This document shows, piece after piece, positions 9,206 through 19,300 of a stretch of 40,406 nt of DNA (its first letter is position 1; each line of letters opens with the position of its first letter). Location: the NCBI GenBank assembly GCA_012522895.1, contig JAAYJM010000195.1, positions 1 through 40,406 of the forward strand, read 5' to 3'. The notes below the pieces were generated by a model. That model saw only the letters and a program-made list of their open reading frames with translations. It had not been told where the DNA came from and did no database searches. Source of the stretch: Ignavibacteria bacterium. GTDB lineage: Bacteria; Bacteroidota; Ignavibacteria; Kapaibacteriales; UBA2268. A program made the translations under genes and the position numbers.

Positions 9206-10879
9206 ATGAAAAATATGAAAAAAGTAGTTATAATTGGTGGAATGGCAGCTGGCTGCAAATGCGCTGCAAGGCTGTCGAGGCTTTCAAGTGAATTTGAGAT
9301 AAGCATTATAGAAAAAAATAGCTTCCTTTCTTATGGAACTTGTGGAATGCCCTTTTATGCTTCAGGCGACATAGATAGCTTTTTCGATTTAGCAAAAACT
9401 CCTTATGGTCTGCTGAGAAATGAAGATTATTTTTTGAAAGTAAAGAACGTAAAAGCATTTTTAAACACAGAAGCTCTTTCAATTAATAGAGATGAGAAAA
9501 CTCTTAACTGCAAAAATCTCAAAGATAATACGCAGTTTACTTTAGAATATGATTTTTTGCTTTTAGCCACCGGCGCCAAGGTTTGCGAGGCGCCCTTTCC
9601 TTATCCACCTTCCGATAATATTTCTTTTTTTCATAATCCGCTTGATGCAAAAAAATTCCGTGAAAAAGTTCAAATAGAAAAAATTGATAAAGTTGCAATA
9701 ATTGGAGCTGGACTAATTGGCTGCGAGCTTGCCGAGGCTATGCGATCTCTTTGGGGAATAGAAACACATATAATTGAAAGAGAAAATCGCTTGCTCCCCA
9801 AAATGTTCGACAGCGATTTCAATTTACTTGCAAATAAAATCTTCAAAGATGAAGGGGTGAAATTGCATTTATTCTCAAAGGTAGAAAAAGTTACAGTTGA
9901 TAGCAAGGAAAACCCCTGTATTCACTTATCAAATGGCGATTTGATTGAATGCAATTACGCTTTTATATGTTTGGGAATAAAACCCAATGTGGTGTTGGCA
10001 AAGCAATCTGGAATAAAAACAGGGGATTTCGCCGGGATTTTAACAAATGAAAAATTACAAACAAATATTGAAGGAGTTTTCGCGGCTGGCGATTGCATTG
10101 AGCTAAAAAATTTGATTACCGAACAAAACGATTATTTCCCGCTTGGCTCTTTAGCAAATAGACAGGGCAGAGCAGTTGCCGACAATATTTTTGGACTTAA
10201 AAGCAAATTCACTGGCGCCATTGGAACAAGCTCAATTAAAGTATTTGATTACTACTTTGCAAGCAGCGGATTGACGGAAGAACGAGCAAAGCAATTTGGC
10301 TTCAACTCCGCTTCGGTGGTTATTTCCACTTACGATAGACCCGATTATCATCCGGACGTTGAGGATTTAGTTTCAAAATTAGTTTATGATATAAACACGT
10401 ATAAGCTATTGGGATTGCAACTAATTGGAAAAGGAGAGCTTACCCGTTATATAGACTCTTTTTCTGCATTTTGTCAAAAAGGAGCAACTCTTTACGATTT
10501 GCTTGAATTTGAGCATTCTTATACTCCATCGCACTCCTCGCCACTTAACCCCTTGAATAATCTTGCTTCAATTGCAATCATGCAAGAAGAAAACCGTTTG
10601 ATGTGCTTGCCGCCAAATTTATTGAGCAAATTTTCTGGTATAATCATAGATTTAAGGGAAGCGAATGAAATAAAGGCAAGTCCTTTAAGAATCAATACGA
10701 TAAAAATTCCAATTTCAGATATTCGCGAAAGGATTAACGATTTCGACAAAAGAGAAGACATTTTACTAATTTGCCAACGTGGTCCTCGTGCTTTCGAGGT
10801 CGGCTGTTATTTTATGCAAAATGGCTACAAAAATGTATTTTACCTTGGTGGAGGTGCGCATCTTGGGAATCTGGAGTAG
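9206..10879 (+). CDS. CoA-disulfide/persulfide reductase family flavoprotein with C-terminal rhodanese domain
   Basis: VIIGG FAD site, SYGTCGMPF active Cys, ATGA, IIGAGLIGCE NAD(P)H site, AAGDC, ANRQGR, and rhodanese CQRGPRA...LGGG. Confidence 0.85.
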   Translation: MKNMKKVVIIGGMAAGCKCAARLSRLSSEFEISIIEKNSFLSYGTCGMPFYASGDIDSFFDLAKTPYGLLRNEDYFLKVKNVKAFLNTEALSINRDEKTLNCKNLKDNTQFTLEYDFLLLATGAKVCEAPFPYPPSDNISFFHNPLDAKKFREKVQIEKIDKVAIIGAGLIGCELAEAMRSLWGIETHIIERENRLLPKMFDSDFNLLANKIFKDEGVKLHLFSKVEKVTVDSKENPCIHLSNGDLIECNYAFICLGIKPNVVLAKQSGIKTGDFAGILTNEKLQTNIEGVFAAGDCIELKNLITEQNDYFPLGSLANRQGRAVADNIFGLKSKFTGAIGTSSIKVFDYYFASSGLTEERAKQFGFNSASVVISTYDRPDYHPDVEDLVSKLVYDINTYKLLGLQLIGKGELTRYIDSFSAFCQKGATLYDLLEFEHSYTPSHSSPLNPLNNLASIAIMQEENRLMCLPPNLLSKFSGIIIDLREANEIKASPLRINTIKIPISDIRERINDFDKREDILLICQRGPRAFEVGCYFMQNGYKNVFYLGGGAHLGNLE

Positions 10880-10914
10880 TAGTCGGGAATCGGGAATCGG
10901 GAATCGGGAATTAG
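10880..10914 (+). repeat. Heptamer tandem repeat (TCGGGAA)x4 ending TTAG
   Basis: tag tcgggaa tcgggaa tcgggaa tcgggaa ttag, directly after the stop codon at 10879. Confidence 0.9.
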
Positions 10915-11054
10915 CCGAGCGAAAAGATAAGAAGTGCAGTTTTTTTCATTTTATCCTCTTTATACTAGTTTAAAAAATATTTAATTTATGGTTTTAAATT
11001 AATGACATAAAGCTAAGCTGAAACTCTGATAGCTCGAGTATTTGCAATAGTTTT

Positions 11055-11183
11055 TTATTCTTTAGCTCCAGCTTTTTTTAGCATTTCAACTATTTCTGTA
11101 TGGCCATTTTGTGAAGCATACATTAGGGCAGTTGCCACCCTCATCTTTTGCGTTTACATCAGCTTTTTTTTTAATTTGTCCAT
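11055..11183 (-). pseudogene. Frameshifted ankyrin-repeat gene remnant
   Basis: The minus strand gives KADVNAKDEGG in one frame and TALMYASQNGHTEIVEMLKKAGAKE* in another, a typical terminal ankyrin repeat. One shift lies in an A9 run. The ATG at 11183 reaches TAA after 9 codons. Confidence 0.75.
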
Positions 11184-11225
11184 AACTTTTACCTATTTTT
11201 GTTAAAAAAAGTAAACGTCATTTAG

Positions 11226-11309
11226 GACAAGACACAAGACAAATTCCCGCTTCCCGCTTCCCGCTTCCTAATTCCCGCTTCCCGACTCCTGATTCCCGAC
11301 CACCGACTT
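11226..11309 (-). repeat. Heptamer tandem repeat array (GCGGGAA/GTCGGGA type) overlapping the 3' end of the CcmC-like gene
   Basis: Plus strand has (ttcccgc)x3 plus further ttcccgc/ttcccga units and (acaagac)x2. The reverse complement resembles the arrays at 3614 and 10880. Confidence 0.85.
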
Positions 11310-12317
11310 AGCTCTTATTTGCAAATTTAACAACCAAAAATAAAGCATAGAGAAAGCAATGATTGAGATTCCGAAACCTATTTGCATTGTAGGATTTAGC
11401 ATATCGCTTTTTGTGGCAAGCAAGGGACCGAGTGCGTCTTCACTGCTTGAGCCGGGGTGCAAACCCGATGCAACTCTTGGCAATATAAATACGAGAAAGG
11501 GGACAGTTATAAATGCTATAATTGAATAAACTGCACTTAATTTTGCTTTTGTCGAATCGTTTTCTATGGAACTTCGCAAGACAAAATATGCGAAATAAAT
11601 AAGCAAAAGAACGAAAATTGAGCTTTGACGGGGATCCCAATTCCAATAGCTGCCCCAATTATATTTTGCCCAAACCGCGCCTGTTAAAGTAGCCAAAATG
11701 CAGAAAATCGTTCCGAGATAAGCAGAAGAAGATGCTTTTATGTCGCTTGAAAAATCTTGTTTCCTTAAATATTGAATTGAGTAAATCATTGAAATTAAAT
11801 AAGCAAGGACGGTGAGCCAAGCAAGTGGAACATGGAAATTCATTATCTTAATTCGCTCTTCAAGTTGGGGGAGGTATGGAATTGAAAAAATTGGATTTTC
11901 ACTTATTATGGAGCGAAAAACAAAAGCATTTTGGCTTTCTTCGTATTTTAATTTTACAATATATTCGCTTCCACTTTTCAATTCAAGTGCTTCTTTTGAA
12001 TAAAGCTTGAAAAGATTTTTTGACTTTTCTTTACTTTGAACGCTATAAACCCAAATCTTATTTGTTTCATCGAAAAAAGAAGCTTCATTGCCCAAGCGGA
12101 GAGCAGCATTTATTGGATGATTAAATATTTTCGAGCTGATGACTTTTGCATTTTCTAAATTAGTTGCTGTTGGTGGAAGAATATTAATTAAAATTGCAAT
12201 AATCATCGTTATAATGGCAAGGCATTTCCATAAAAATGGCTTTGGCTTTTCAATTCGTGGGAAAAAGCCGAGTAGAATTGAAATTAAAAATGCGGAGGAA
12301 ATGATTAGAAACTTCAT
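11268..12317 (-). CDS. ccmC: Cytochrome c biogenesis protein, CcmC/CcsA (heme-handling) family, with N-terminal extension
   Basis: FHVPLAW, WWD motif TGAVWAKYNWGSYWNWDPRQ, Y-F-A-Y-x-x-L-R, and LHP. Confidence 0.8.
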   Translation of the reverse strand: MKFLIISSAFLISILLGFFPRIEKPKPFLWKCLAIITMIIAILINILPPTATNLENAKVISSKIFNHPINAALRLGNEASFFDETNKIWVYSVQSKEKSKNLFKLYSKEALELKSGSEYIVKLKYEESQNAFVFRSIISENPIFSIPYLPQLEERIKIMNFHVPLAWLTVLAYLISMIYSIQYLRKQDFSSDIKASSSAYLGTIFCILATLTGAVWAKYNWGSYWNWDPRQSSIFVLLLIYFAYFVLRSSIENDSTKAKLSAVYSIIAFITVPFLVFILPRVASGLHPGSSSEDALGPLLATKSDMLNPTMQIGFGISIIAFSMLYFWLLNLQIRAKSVVGNQESGSGN

Positions 12318-12524
12318 TTTAAAAAGATTAAATTTAAAAAAGCAAATATAGAAAAAAATATATAATTTTATTTTATCAAAATAATCAATAAATATACATT
12401 AGTTTTGTAAAATAAAAGGTTTTTTAATTAGCTGTTTTTAGAATTTTTTATTTTTCAACTATTTTGAATTGAGTTCGATGATATTGCATTGCTCAATATA
12501 GATATTTAGTTTAGTTATAAAACG

Positions 12525-13679
12525 ATGCAAGAAAAAAAAATTATAACAATACTCGGCTCGACCGGCTCAATAGGAACTCAAGCACTTGAAGTCATTGAGC
12601 AAATGGGCAGCGCCTTTCAAATTGGATACCTTTCAGCTCATAATAATATAAAACTTCTTGCAAAGCAGATTGCGAAGTTTAATCCACTTGGTGTGGTCGT
12701 AAAAAACGAAAAAGACGCCGTTGAAATAAAAAAACTTATAGATACAAGCTGTAAAATTCTCTATTCAGAAGCTGGATTAATTGAAGCGGCATCAGACGAT
12801 AGAAATGATATAGTGCTGGTTGCTCTTGTTGGGTTTAGTGGTGTTTTGCCAACTTTATCTGCTATTGAGCATTGCAGGACGATTTGCCTTGCAAATAAGG
12901 AAACTCTGGTAAGCGCCGGCGCAATAGTTATGGAAAAAGCTAAGCAATTTAAAAGTAACATAATTGCAGTTGATAGCGAGCATAACGCAATTTTGCAATG
13001 CTTGATAGGTGAAGAAAAAAGCAGCATAGAAAAAATAATTTTAACTGCTTCTGGCGGTCCTTTTCTCAATATTCCTTTTGAAGATAATCCAAATTTATCT
13101 TTAAAAAATGCACTTGAGCATCCAAAATGGACAATGGGTAGCAAAATCACAATAGATTCTGCAACTATGATGAACAAGGGTTTTGAGCTGATTGAAGCAA
13201 AATGGCTTTTCGATTTAGGGCAAGAAAAAATTGATGTTCTTGTTCACCCACAAAGTATTGTTCATTCACTTGTCCAATTTGTTGACGGCTCGGTGAAAGC
13301 CCAACTCGGAAATCCAAATATGAGGATTCCGATTTCCTTTGCTATAAATTTTCCTAAAAGATATAAATTTGATTTCCCTCGACTTGACTTAGCTGAGATT
13401 TCAAAATTAGACTTTTTTAAGCCAGATTTAAAAAAATTCCGCTGCCTTGCTCTTGCCTACGAAGCTATGAAAATTGGCGGGAATAGCTGCACTATAATCA
13501 ACGCTGCAAATGAAGTTGCAGTCAACTCTTTCCTCAAAAGCAAAATTCAATTTTTAGACATTGCAAAGCATATTGAAATTGCATTGAATAAAATTAATAT
13601 TATAAGAAATCCGTCTTTAGACGATATTATTGAAACGAATTTGGAAACAAGAAGTTTTACAGAAAAATTGATTAATTAA
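12525..13679 (+). CDS. dxr: 1-deoxy-D-xylulose 5-phosphate reductoisomerase
   Basis: LGSTGSIGTQAL, LANKETLV, VDSEH, LTASGGPF, HPKWTMGSKITIDSATMMNKGFELIEA, HPQSIVHS, NAANE. Confidence 0.97.
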   Translation: MQEKKIITILGSTGSIGTQALEVIEQMGSAFQIGYLSAHNNIKLLAKQIAKFNPLGVVVKNEKDAVEIKKLIDTSCKILYSEAGLIEAASDDRNDIVLVALVGFSGVLPTLSAIEHCRTICLANKETLVSAGAIVMEKAKQFKSNIIAVDSEHNAILQCLIGEEKSSIEKIILTASGGPFLNIPFEDNPNLSLKNALEHPKWTMGSKITIDSATMMNKGFELIEAKWLFDLGQEKIDVLVHPQSIVHSLVQFVDGSVKAQLGNPNMRIPISFAINFPKRYKFDFPRLDLAEISKLDFFKPDLKKFRCLALAYEAMKIGGNSCTIINAANEVAVNSFLKSKIQFLDIAKHIEIALNKINIIRNPSLDDIIETNLETRSFTEKLIN

Positions 13680-13691
13680 ATTGAGTATCAA

Positions 13692-15059
13692 ATGGAATTT
13701 CTAAGTAGTTTATTTTACTTTATAATAGTTATTGGAATTTTAATCGTTGTTCATGAGTTTGGACATTTTATTGCTGCTCGAATGATGAAAATACGGGTGG
13801 ATATTTTTTCTGTTGGAATGGGCTATCGACTCTTTGGATGGAATAAAATCAATGGCTTTTCCTTTGGTCCTTTGGAGAAAGATTGGGACGGCAAGGGGCA
13901 TACTGACTACCGCTTATCTATTTTCCCTATTGGTGGTTACGTAAAAATTGCCGGCATGGTCGACGAAAGCCTGGACACCGATTTTGTTAATCAAGAACCT
14001 CAGCCCTGGGAGTTTCGCACAAAGAACGTTTTTCAAAAAACTTTTGTGATTTCAGCTGGCGTTATTATGAATGCCTTGCTGACCGTTGCTATTTTTTCCG
14101 GGATAATATTAAGTGAGGGGGAGCAACTAAAAGCTACAACAACAGTTGGCTATGTTGAAAAAAACTCTTTTGCTGAAAAAACCGGCTTTAAGTATAATGA
14201 CAGAGTGATTTCAGTAAACGGTGAAAATGTAAGCACTTGGAATGATTTTGTTTATGGAATTTCATTAAAAGATTTTGGCAAAGATAAAAGCGTCCTCGTT
14301 GAGAGAGAAGGCTCGAACATCAATTTGAAAATTGACGCTTCATCTTTAGTAAAAACAATGGCTGGTGAAAAAGCACTTGGTCTTTTCCCCGCTCAATCTG
14401 CTGTTGTGATTGGTGCAGTGGAGTCTTTAAAGCCAGCCGACAAAGCTGGTATCAAGCAAGGCGATACCGTTAGTGCTATTAATGGGGAGCAAATTTCATC
14501 ATATTTACAAATGGTTAGCATACTCCGAAGCCACAAAGAAAAGCCTGTTGCTTTTGAATGGAAAAGAGGAACCCAATATTTTTCCGATAGCATTATTCCA
14601 AGCGATGAAGGACTGATTGGAATTGCTATAAGTCAGCTTTATACTGGAGAAATTATTCATAAAAAATATAATATTTTTGAGGCGACAGGGAAGGGAATTC
14701 AGGAATCCATTTCTGCGGTAGGACTTTTTGCTGGCTCGATTGGGCAAATCATTTCTGGAACAATACACGTTAAGCAGGCACTTGGCGGACCGATAATGAT
14801 AGCGAAAACCGCATCAGACCAAGCAAAGATGGGTATTATATACTTTTTGCACTTTATGGCTCTTCTTTCAATCACTCTTGCAATAATCAATATTTTACCT
14901 TTCCCCGCCCTTGACGGCGGGCATCTTGTATTCATTTGGATCGAAGGGATTTTCAGGCGCGAAATTCCTTTGAAGGTGAAACTTGCATTTCAGCAAATCG
15001 GCTTTTTCCTTTTAATTTTGCTAATGGCTTTTGTTATTTATAACGACATAGTTAGATAG
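13692..15059 (+). CDS. rseP: RIP metalloprotease RseP
   Basis: HEFGH, FSVGMG, PIGGYVKIAG, two PDZ domains, GGPIMIA, NILPFPALDGGH. Follows dxr, a conserved gene order. Confidence 0.95.
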   Translation: MEFLSSLFYFIIVIGILIVVHEFGHFIAARMMKIRVDIFSVGMGYRLFGWNKINGFSFGPLEKDWDGKGHTDYRLSIFPIGGYVKIAGMVDESLDTDFVNQEPQPWEFRTKNVFQKTFVISAGVIMNALLTVAIFSGIILSEGEQLKATTTVGYVEKNSFAEKTGFKYNDRVISVNGENVSTWNDFVYGISLKDFGKDKSVLVEREGSNINLKIDASSLVKTMAGEKALGLFPAQSAVVIGAVESLKPADKAGIKQGDTVSAINGEQISSYLQMVSILRSHKEKPVAFEWKRGTQYFSDSIIPSDEGLIGIAISQLYTGEIIHKKYNIFEATGKGIQESISAVGLFAGSIGQIISGTIHVKQALGGPIMIAKTASDQAKMGIIYFLHFMALLSITLAIINILPFPALDGGHLVFIWIEGIFRREIPLKVKLAFQQIGFFLLILLMAFVIYNDIVR

Positions 15060-15375
15060 TTTTTTTTGGGGGATTTCTTTGTAATTATGTTTTTAATTGT
15101 TTTTTCAAAGAAAGATGCTTATCTTTTGAGTTATGACGATTTAGCGCGTTCTGCTTAATATATCATAAAATATATCATAAATTTCTTGCTTTTTGCATTA
15201 GACCAAATATGCTTTCTTCCGGATTCGATTCAAGTAGAACAATAGAAACAAAAGCGTTGTGTAATAATTTACACACAGTCAGATTTTGTCAACAAAATGC
15301 TTTTATAAAATTTGAAAATGCTATTATTATTATTGGAATTGAAAAATTAAACATTGATATTTCAATTTTATAAGC

Positions 15376-15383
15376 TAAATTTG
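15376..15383 (+). promoter_or_regulatory. Putative TAnnTTTG promoter element for tRNA-Arg
   Basis: TAAATTTG ending 24 nt before the tRNA 5' end. Confidence 0.45.
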
Positions 15384-15406
15384 TATTATGAAAAAGAATG
15401 GGTGAA

Positions 15407-15481
15407 GCGCCCGTAGCTCAATTTGGACAGAGCGTTGGATTCCGGTTCCAAAAGTTGGGGGTTCGAGTCCCTTCGGGCGTG
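15407..15481 (+). tRNA. tRNA-Arg (anticodon CCG); CCA not encoded
   Basis: Acceptor stem GCGCCCG/CGGGCGT, D-arm GCTC...GAGC, anticodon arm TTGGA-TTCCGGT-TCCAA, T-arm GGGGG-TTCGAGT-CCCTT, discriminator G. Confidence 0.95.
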
Positions 15482-15515
15482 CATAAAGTATTTAAAATTA
15501 ATAATTTAATAAGGT

Positions 15516-16262
15516 ATGAAAAAAAAGAATTTTAACCAAGAGACCAAAGAAAACGTAAAAGATAATTTTCCGCTTAAGAAAAAGGACGAATTAAATACTG
15601 TAGAAAAGATCCAAATTTATATACAAGAAAACAGTAAAAAAATAATTACTTATTCAGTTGTTATTATTGTTGTTGTAGCTGCTTTCTTCTTTATTAAAAA
15701 TATGATAGAGAGTAATGCAGCAGAAAAAAAAGAGGCTGCTTCTGTGTCTTTAGCTCGGGTGCTTCCATTTTACACCGAGGGAGACTATGAAGTCGCACTT
15801 AAAGGCAATCCTTCCATCTATATCCGCGGCGAAAAGCTAATTGGGCTCAGCGAGATAGCTGATGCTTACGAAGGTTTAGATGAGGGCAAGGTAGCTGGAT
15901 TATACGCTGGAAATAGCTTATTGAATTTGAATAGATTTGAAGAATCCAAGAAATATTTTGATATAGCTTTAAAGTCTAAATCTAAAACAGTCCTTGAAGG
16001 TGCAAACGCTGGGATGGCTGTTGCTTTAGAGTCTTTGAAAGATTATGCAAATGCTGGCAAATACTATACTGAAGCTGCGGAGCTTGCACTTACTGCGGGC
16101 TTAAAAAACAGATATATGTTCTTTGCTGCGGTTTGTATTGAAAAATCTGGAAATAAAGAAAAAGCGATTGAGATGTATAGAGAGATAATTATTGAGGCTG
16201 GTTCTGAATTTGTAGGACTGTCTAAAGCTCGCTTAATTCGACTTGGCACAGTTATTGAGTAA
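15516..16262 (+). CDS. Membrane-anchored TPR protein (YfgM-like)
   Basis: Single N-terminal TM, then helical TPR-like repeats (AGLYAGNSLL, AGMAVALE, AIEMYREI). Confidence 0.7.
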   Translation: MKKKNFNQETKENVKDNFPLKKKDELNTVEKIQIYIQENSKKIITYSVVIIVVVAAFFFIKNMIESNAAEKKEAASVSLARVLPFYTEGDYEVALKGNPSIYIRGEKLIGLSEIADAYEGLDEGKVAGLYAGNSLLNLNRFEESKKYFDIALKSKSKTVLEGANAGMAVALESLKDYANAGKYYTEAAELALTAGLKNRYMFFAAVCIEKSGNKEKAIEMYREIIIEAGSEFVGLSKARLIRLGTVIE

Positions 16263-16349
16263 TGTTTTTTGGTTTTATTGATGAATTAAGAATATAAATG
16301 TATTTTTTTCATAAATTAATAATATAAATCATTTTTAATCGGAGGTATT

Positions 16350-19300
16350 ATGCATCGATTGTTTCGTTTAAGTTTCTTAGTGATGCTTTTCGGCATATTC
16401 CTGATTTGGGAAGCTGATGCCCAAAGGCCACAGGCTTACATCTCAGGTAAAATCGAGCCGAATGATGTAAGAATCTTACTTAAAGACACTACCTACATAA
16501 TCAATAGAGATTATGTGGTGGCAGGAACATTAATTATTGAACCGGGAACAACAGTGTTGTTCTATCCGAATGGCCGTTTGATTGATTCTGTCGGTGGCAG
16601 AATTATTGCAGACGGCTTTTCAAAGTCAGTTTATAATCAACACCCGGACGGAATCACTCCTTTGCCAGGGCACTCAAGCAACTTAGCAAGGCGTTTTACG
16701 GGCTATTATGACTTAAGGTATTTTGGATACCGCTCTGCTTCTGACCAAACAATCAAATGGACGACAGACAGAGAAAAAACAATCCATAGTGATAAGTATA
16801 ATTTAGTTTATAATTTACTTCTTGACACAGCTCAAAGGAAAATATCAACCCCCAGACCGGGTATTATTCCAGCAGCTAATCAGATTTGGATAAGCTATGA
16901 AGAAGCTATTATGTTCACAGCAGCTAAATTACATACTTTCGACCCAGTTAAAAACTTATATCCTTTAGATTCAGCAAGATTGAGTATTAAAACAGGAAGA
17001 ATTAACTTTATCGGACAGCCCGTGGACAACTTTTCAAGGGAATGGGGACATATTATAATTCTCCCAGGCGCCGGTATTTCTTTCTTTAGAAATTGCACAT
17101 TTGACGGATTTAGAAAAGATACAACAGTAGATAGAACAAACTACTACGGTTATGAAGCTTTTGCTAATCACGGAAACTGGATGGATATGCCTACTTGGCA
17201 AGTCGACAATTTGAACAATAGAATGAGAGTTCTTACAAATGGTAGCGGTGGCGCGATTACAACTTTCTCATCGCGCACTTGGCTTATCGACTGTGAGTTT
17301 AAAAATAATATGGCTCGCCATCGTGGTGGCGCCGTTCAATTTTTACAAGCTCCAAATGGACTCCCAACTGATCCAGCTTTTGCTTTCACTAATTTTTATC
17401 CAGCTATAAAGAATCCAAATATTACCGAAAGAGATGGCGCACCATCTAATGTGAACGCATTTGTTCCGGTGATTGACTATTTAGATGAGCAATTCCCGGA
17501 GCCAGTATTGTCAAGCTTTCCACTTGCAGCAAATCAACTGGATTTTGCAAGACAAGCTTATGATGATGGGCGTATGTCTATTTTCCTCGGTAGATTTAGA
17601 AATATAACATTTACAAATAATAAAGTATTACTTTCCAATATTGGCCAAAAGGCAGTTGGAACTCCTCCAGTCTTAATTGTTACTGATTTAGATAATGAAG
17701 CTGGAATTCAAAAAGACGGACGTAATACTGCAGCTGGCGGCGCTATGTATATTTATGGCTCCAATCCACTTGAAATTGGACTTGGCGTTAATAATAGCAT
17801 ATATATTAAAGCGGCAGATGGCGTTACAGACGAACTTCTTACTTTTGAAGATGATACTTTTGAGGCATTAAATAACAATGCCACATCTTATCAGCCAGTT
17901 TTAGAAAGAGTTCCTACTCAGCAGGGCGCCGTTGGTGGTGCTGTTTATGTTGGTAATCTTAATTTAGATAACCCATATTTGGTTAATGACGCTACTTCTT
18001 TAATAGTTGCTGGCGCATTTAAAAACAACTCAACAGTAACCCCATATATTAATGAGGATGTTGAAGAACTTGATATCGCTGCTAATTTTTCAAAAGGTGG
18101 CGCAATTTATACAAATTCAGATTTTGCCGATGCTCGCTTGCAAGTTCGTGGCGGACCGGCTAGAGTTAGAACAGCTAATGAAACAGAATTCATTAACAAC
18201 AGCTCAGGAGTTGGTGGCGCAATTTATGTTGAAGCTATTTGGGGAAATCAACAATCTCCCGTTCTTGGTGGTCATGATGTGAAAAGCTTAGCTGCTCAAT
18301 TAAACGACTATCCAAGAGATTATGGATTTAATGTTCTGTTCCAAAATAATGCTGCTCAATATTTTGGTGGCGCAATTTATACAGAAAGAAGCCCTGTAAT
18401 CACCGGCGCAGGTGGAATTGATGGATTGTCCTCAATGGGTTATGGTGGAGTTCGCCATATTAGATTCATAGAAAACACAGCTCGATATGCTGGCGGTGCA
18501 ATTGATGTCGATTTGTCGAATAGAGGGCTTTTGCCAGAATTTAGAGCAGTTCAAATTATTCGTGCAGAATTCTCAGAAAACAAAGTAGGCTTTAATTCAG
18601 AAATTTCTGCAGATAACAAAGCGATTATCCGTGGCGGCGGTGCAATTTATTCCGTTGATGCTGACATTAACTTAGTTAAGGGAACTGAGTTTAGAGCAAA
18701 CAAAGTGATGAATGGAAATGGCGCTGCTATTGCTTTAATCCGTCCTATTAGAGAAATAAAAAGATTCTTTTTAACAGATTTAGATAATGTAGTTTTTGAC
18801 CCATTGCTCAATAACATTGCAACTAATTTTGTTTCAAATGATGATGTATTTACATTTAAACCAAGTCCATACCCCGCACAAACAGGTATGTTGACTCGTT
18901 TTCTTGATAATGAAATCGTTGTAGAAAATGAGCTTCTTGAATCTCAAAGCGGCTCAGGCACAACGCAAATCGAAGTTCCAGGAACTATTGTAAGAAATGA
19001 TGACCTTTTTGCAATCACTTTCTTAAATCAAGAAACTGGCTTTGCTGTTGGAGAAAACGGAACTATTGTCAAGATAACTGAAGAAGGAACAAAATGGGAG
19101 TATGTTTCTGCAGCCCCAACTTCTTATTATACAGACATTGCATTTGTTACGAACAACATTGGCTACGCAACTTCTGTAGATGGCTTTTTAGCAAGAACAG
19201 TTGATGGTGGTATGAATTGGGCTCCATGGATTTTCTCGGGCTCGCAACTTAATGCCATTGCTTTCAACGGCTCAAAAGGTGCGGTTATTGGAAATGATGG

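Noticed and set aside
10779-10973. 64-aa ORF containing SRESGIGNRE
   Set aside because: Out-of-frame overlap with the reductase, running through the heptamer array.
15175-15256. Minus-strand peptide AFVSIVLLESNPEESIFGLMQKARNL* as a gene remnant
   Set aside because: Short, no clear start codon, and no family I can assign with confidence.
18096-18380. Identical 15-mer GGTGGCGCAATTTAT at 18096, 18213 and 18366 as a CRISPR-like or DGR repeat
   Set aside because: In frame, encoding GGAIY; spacing is irregular; no cas or reverse transcriptase gene. Explained by the protein repeat.
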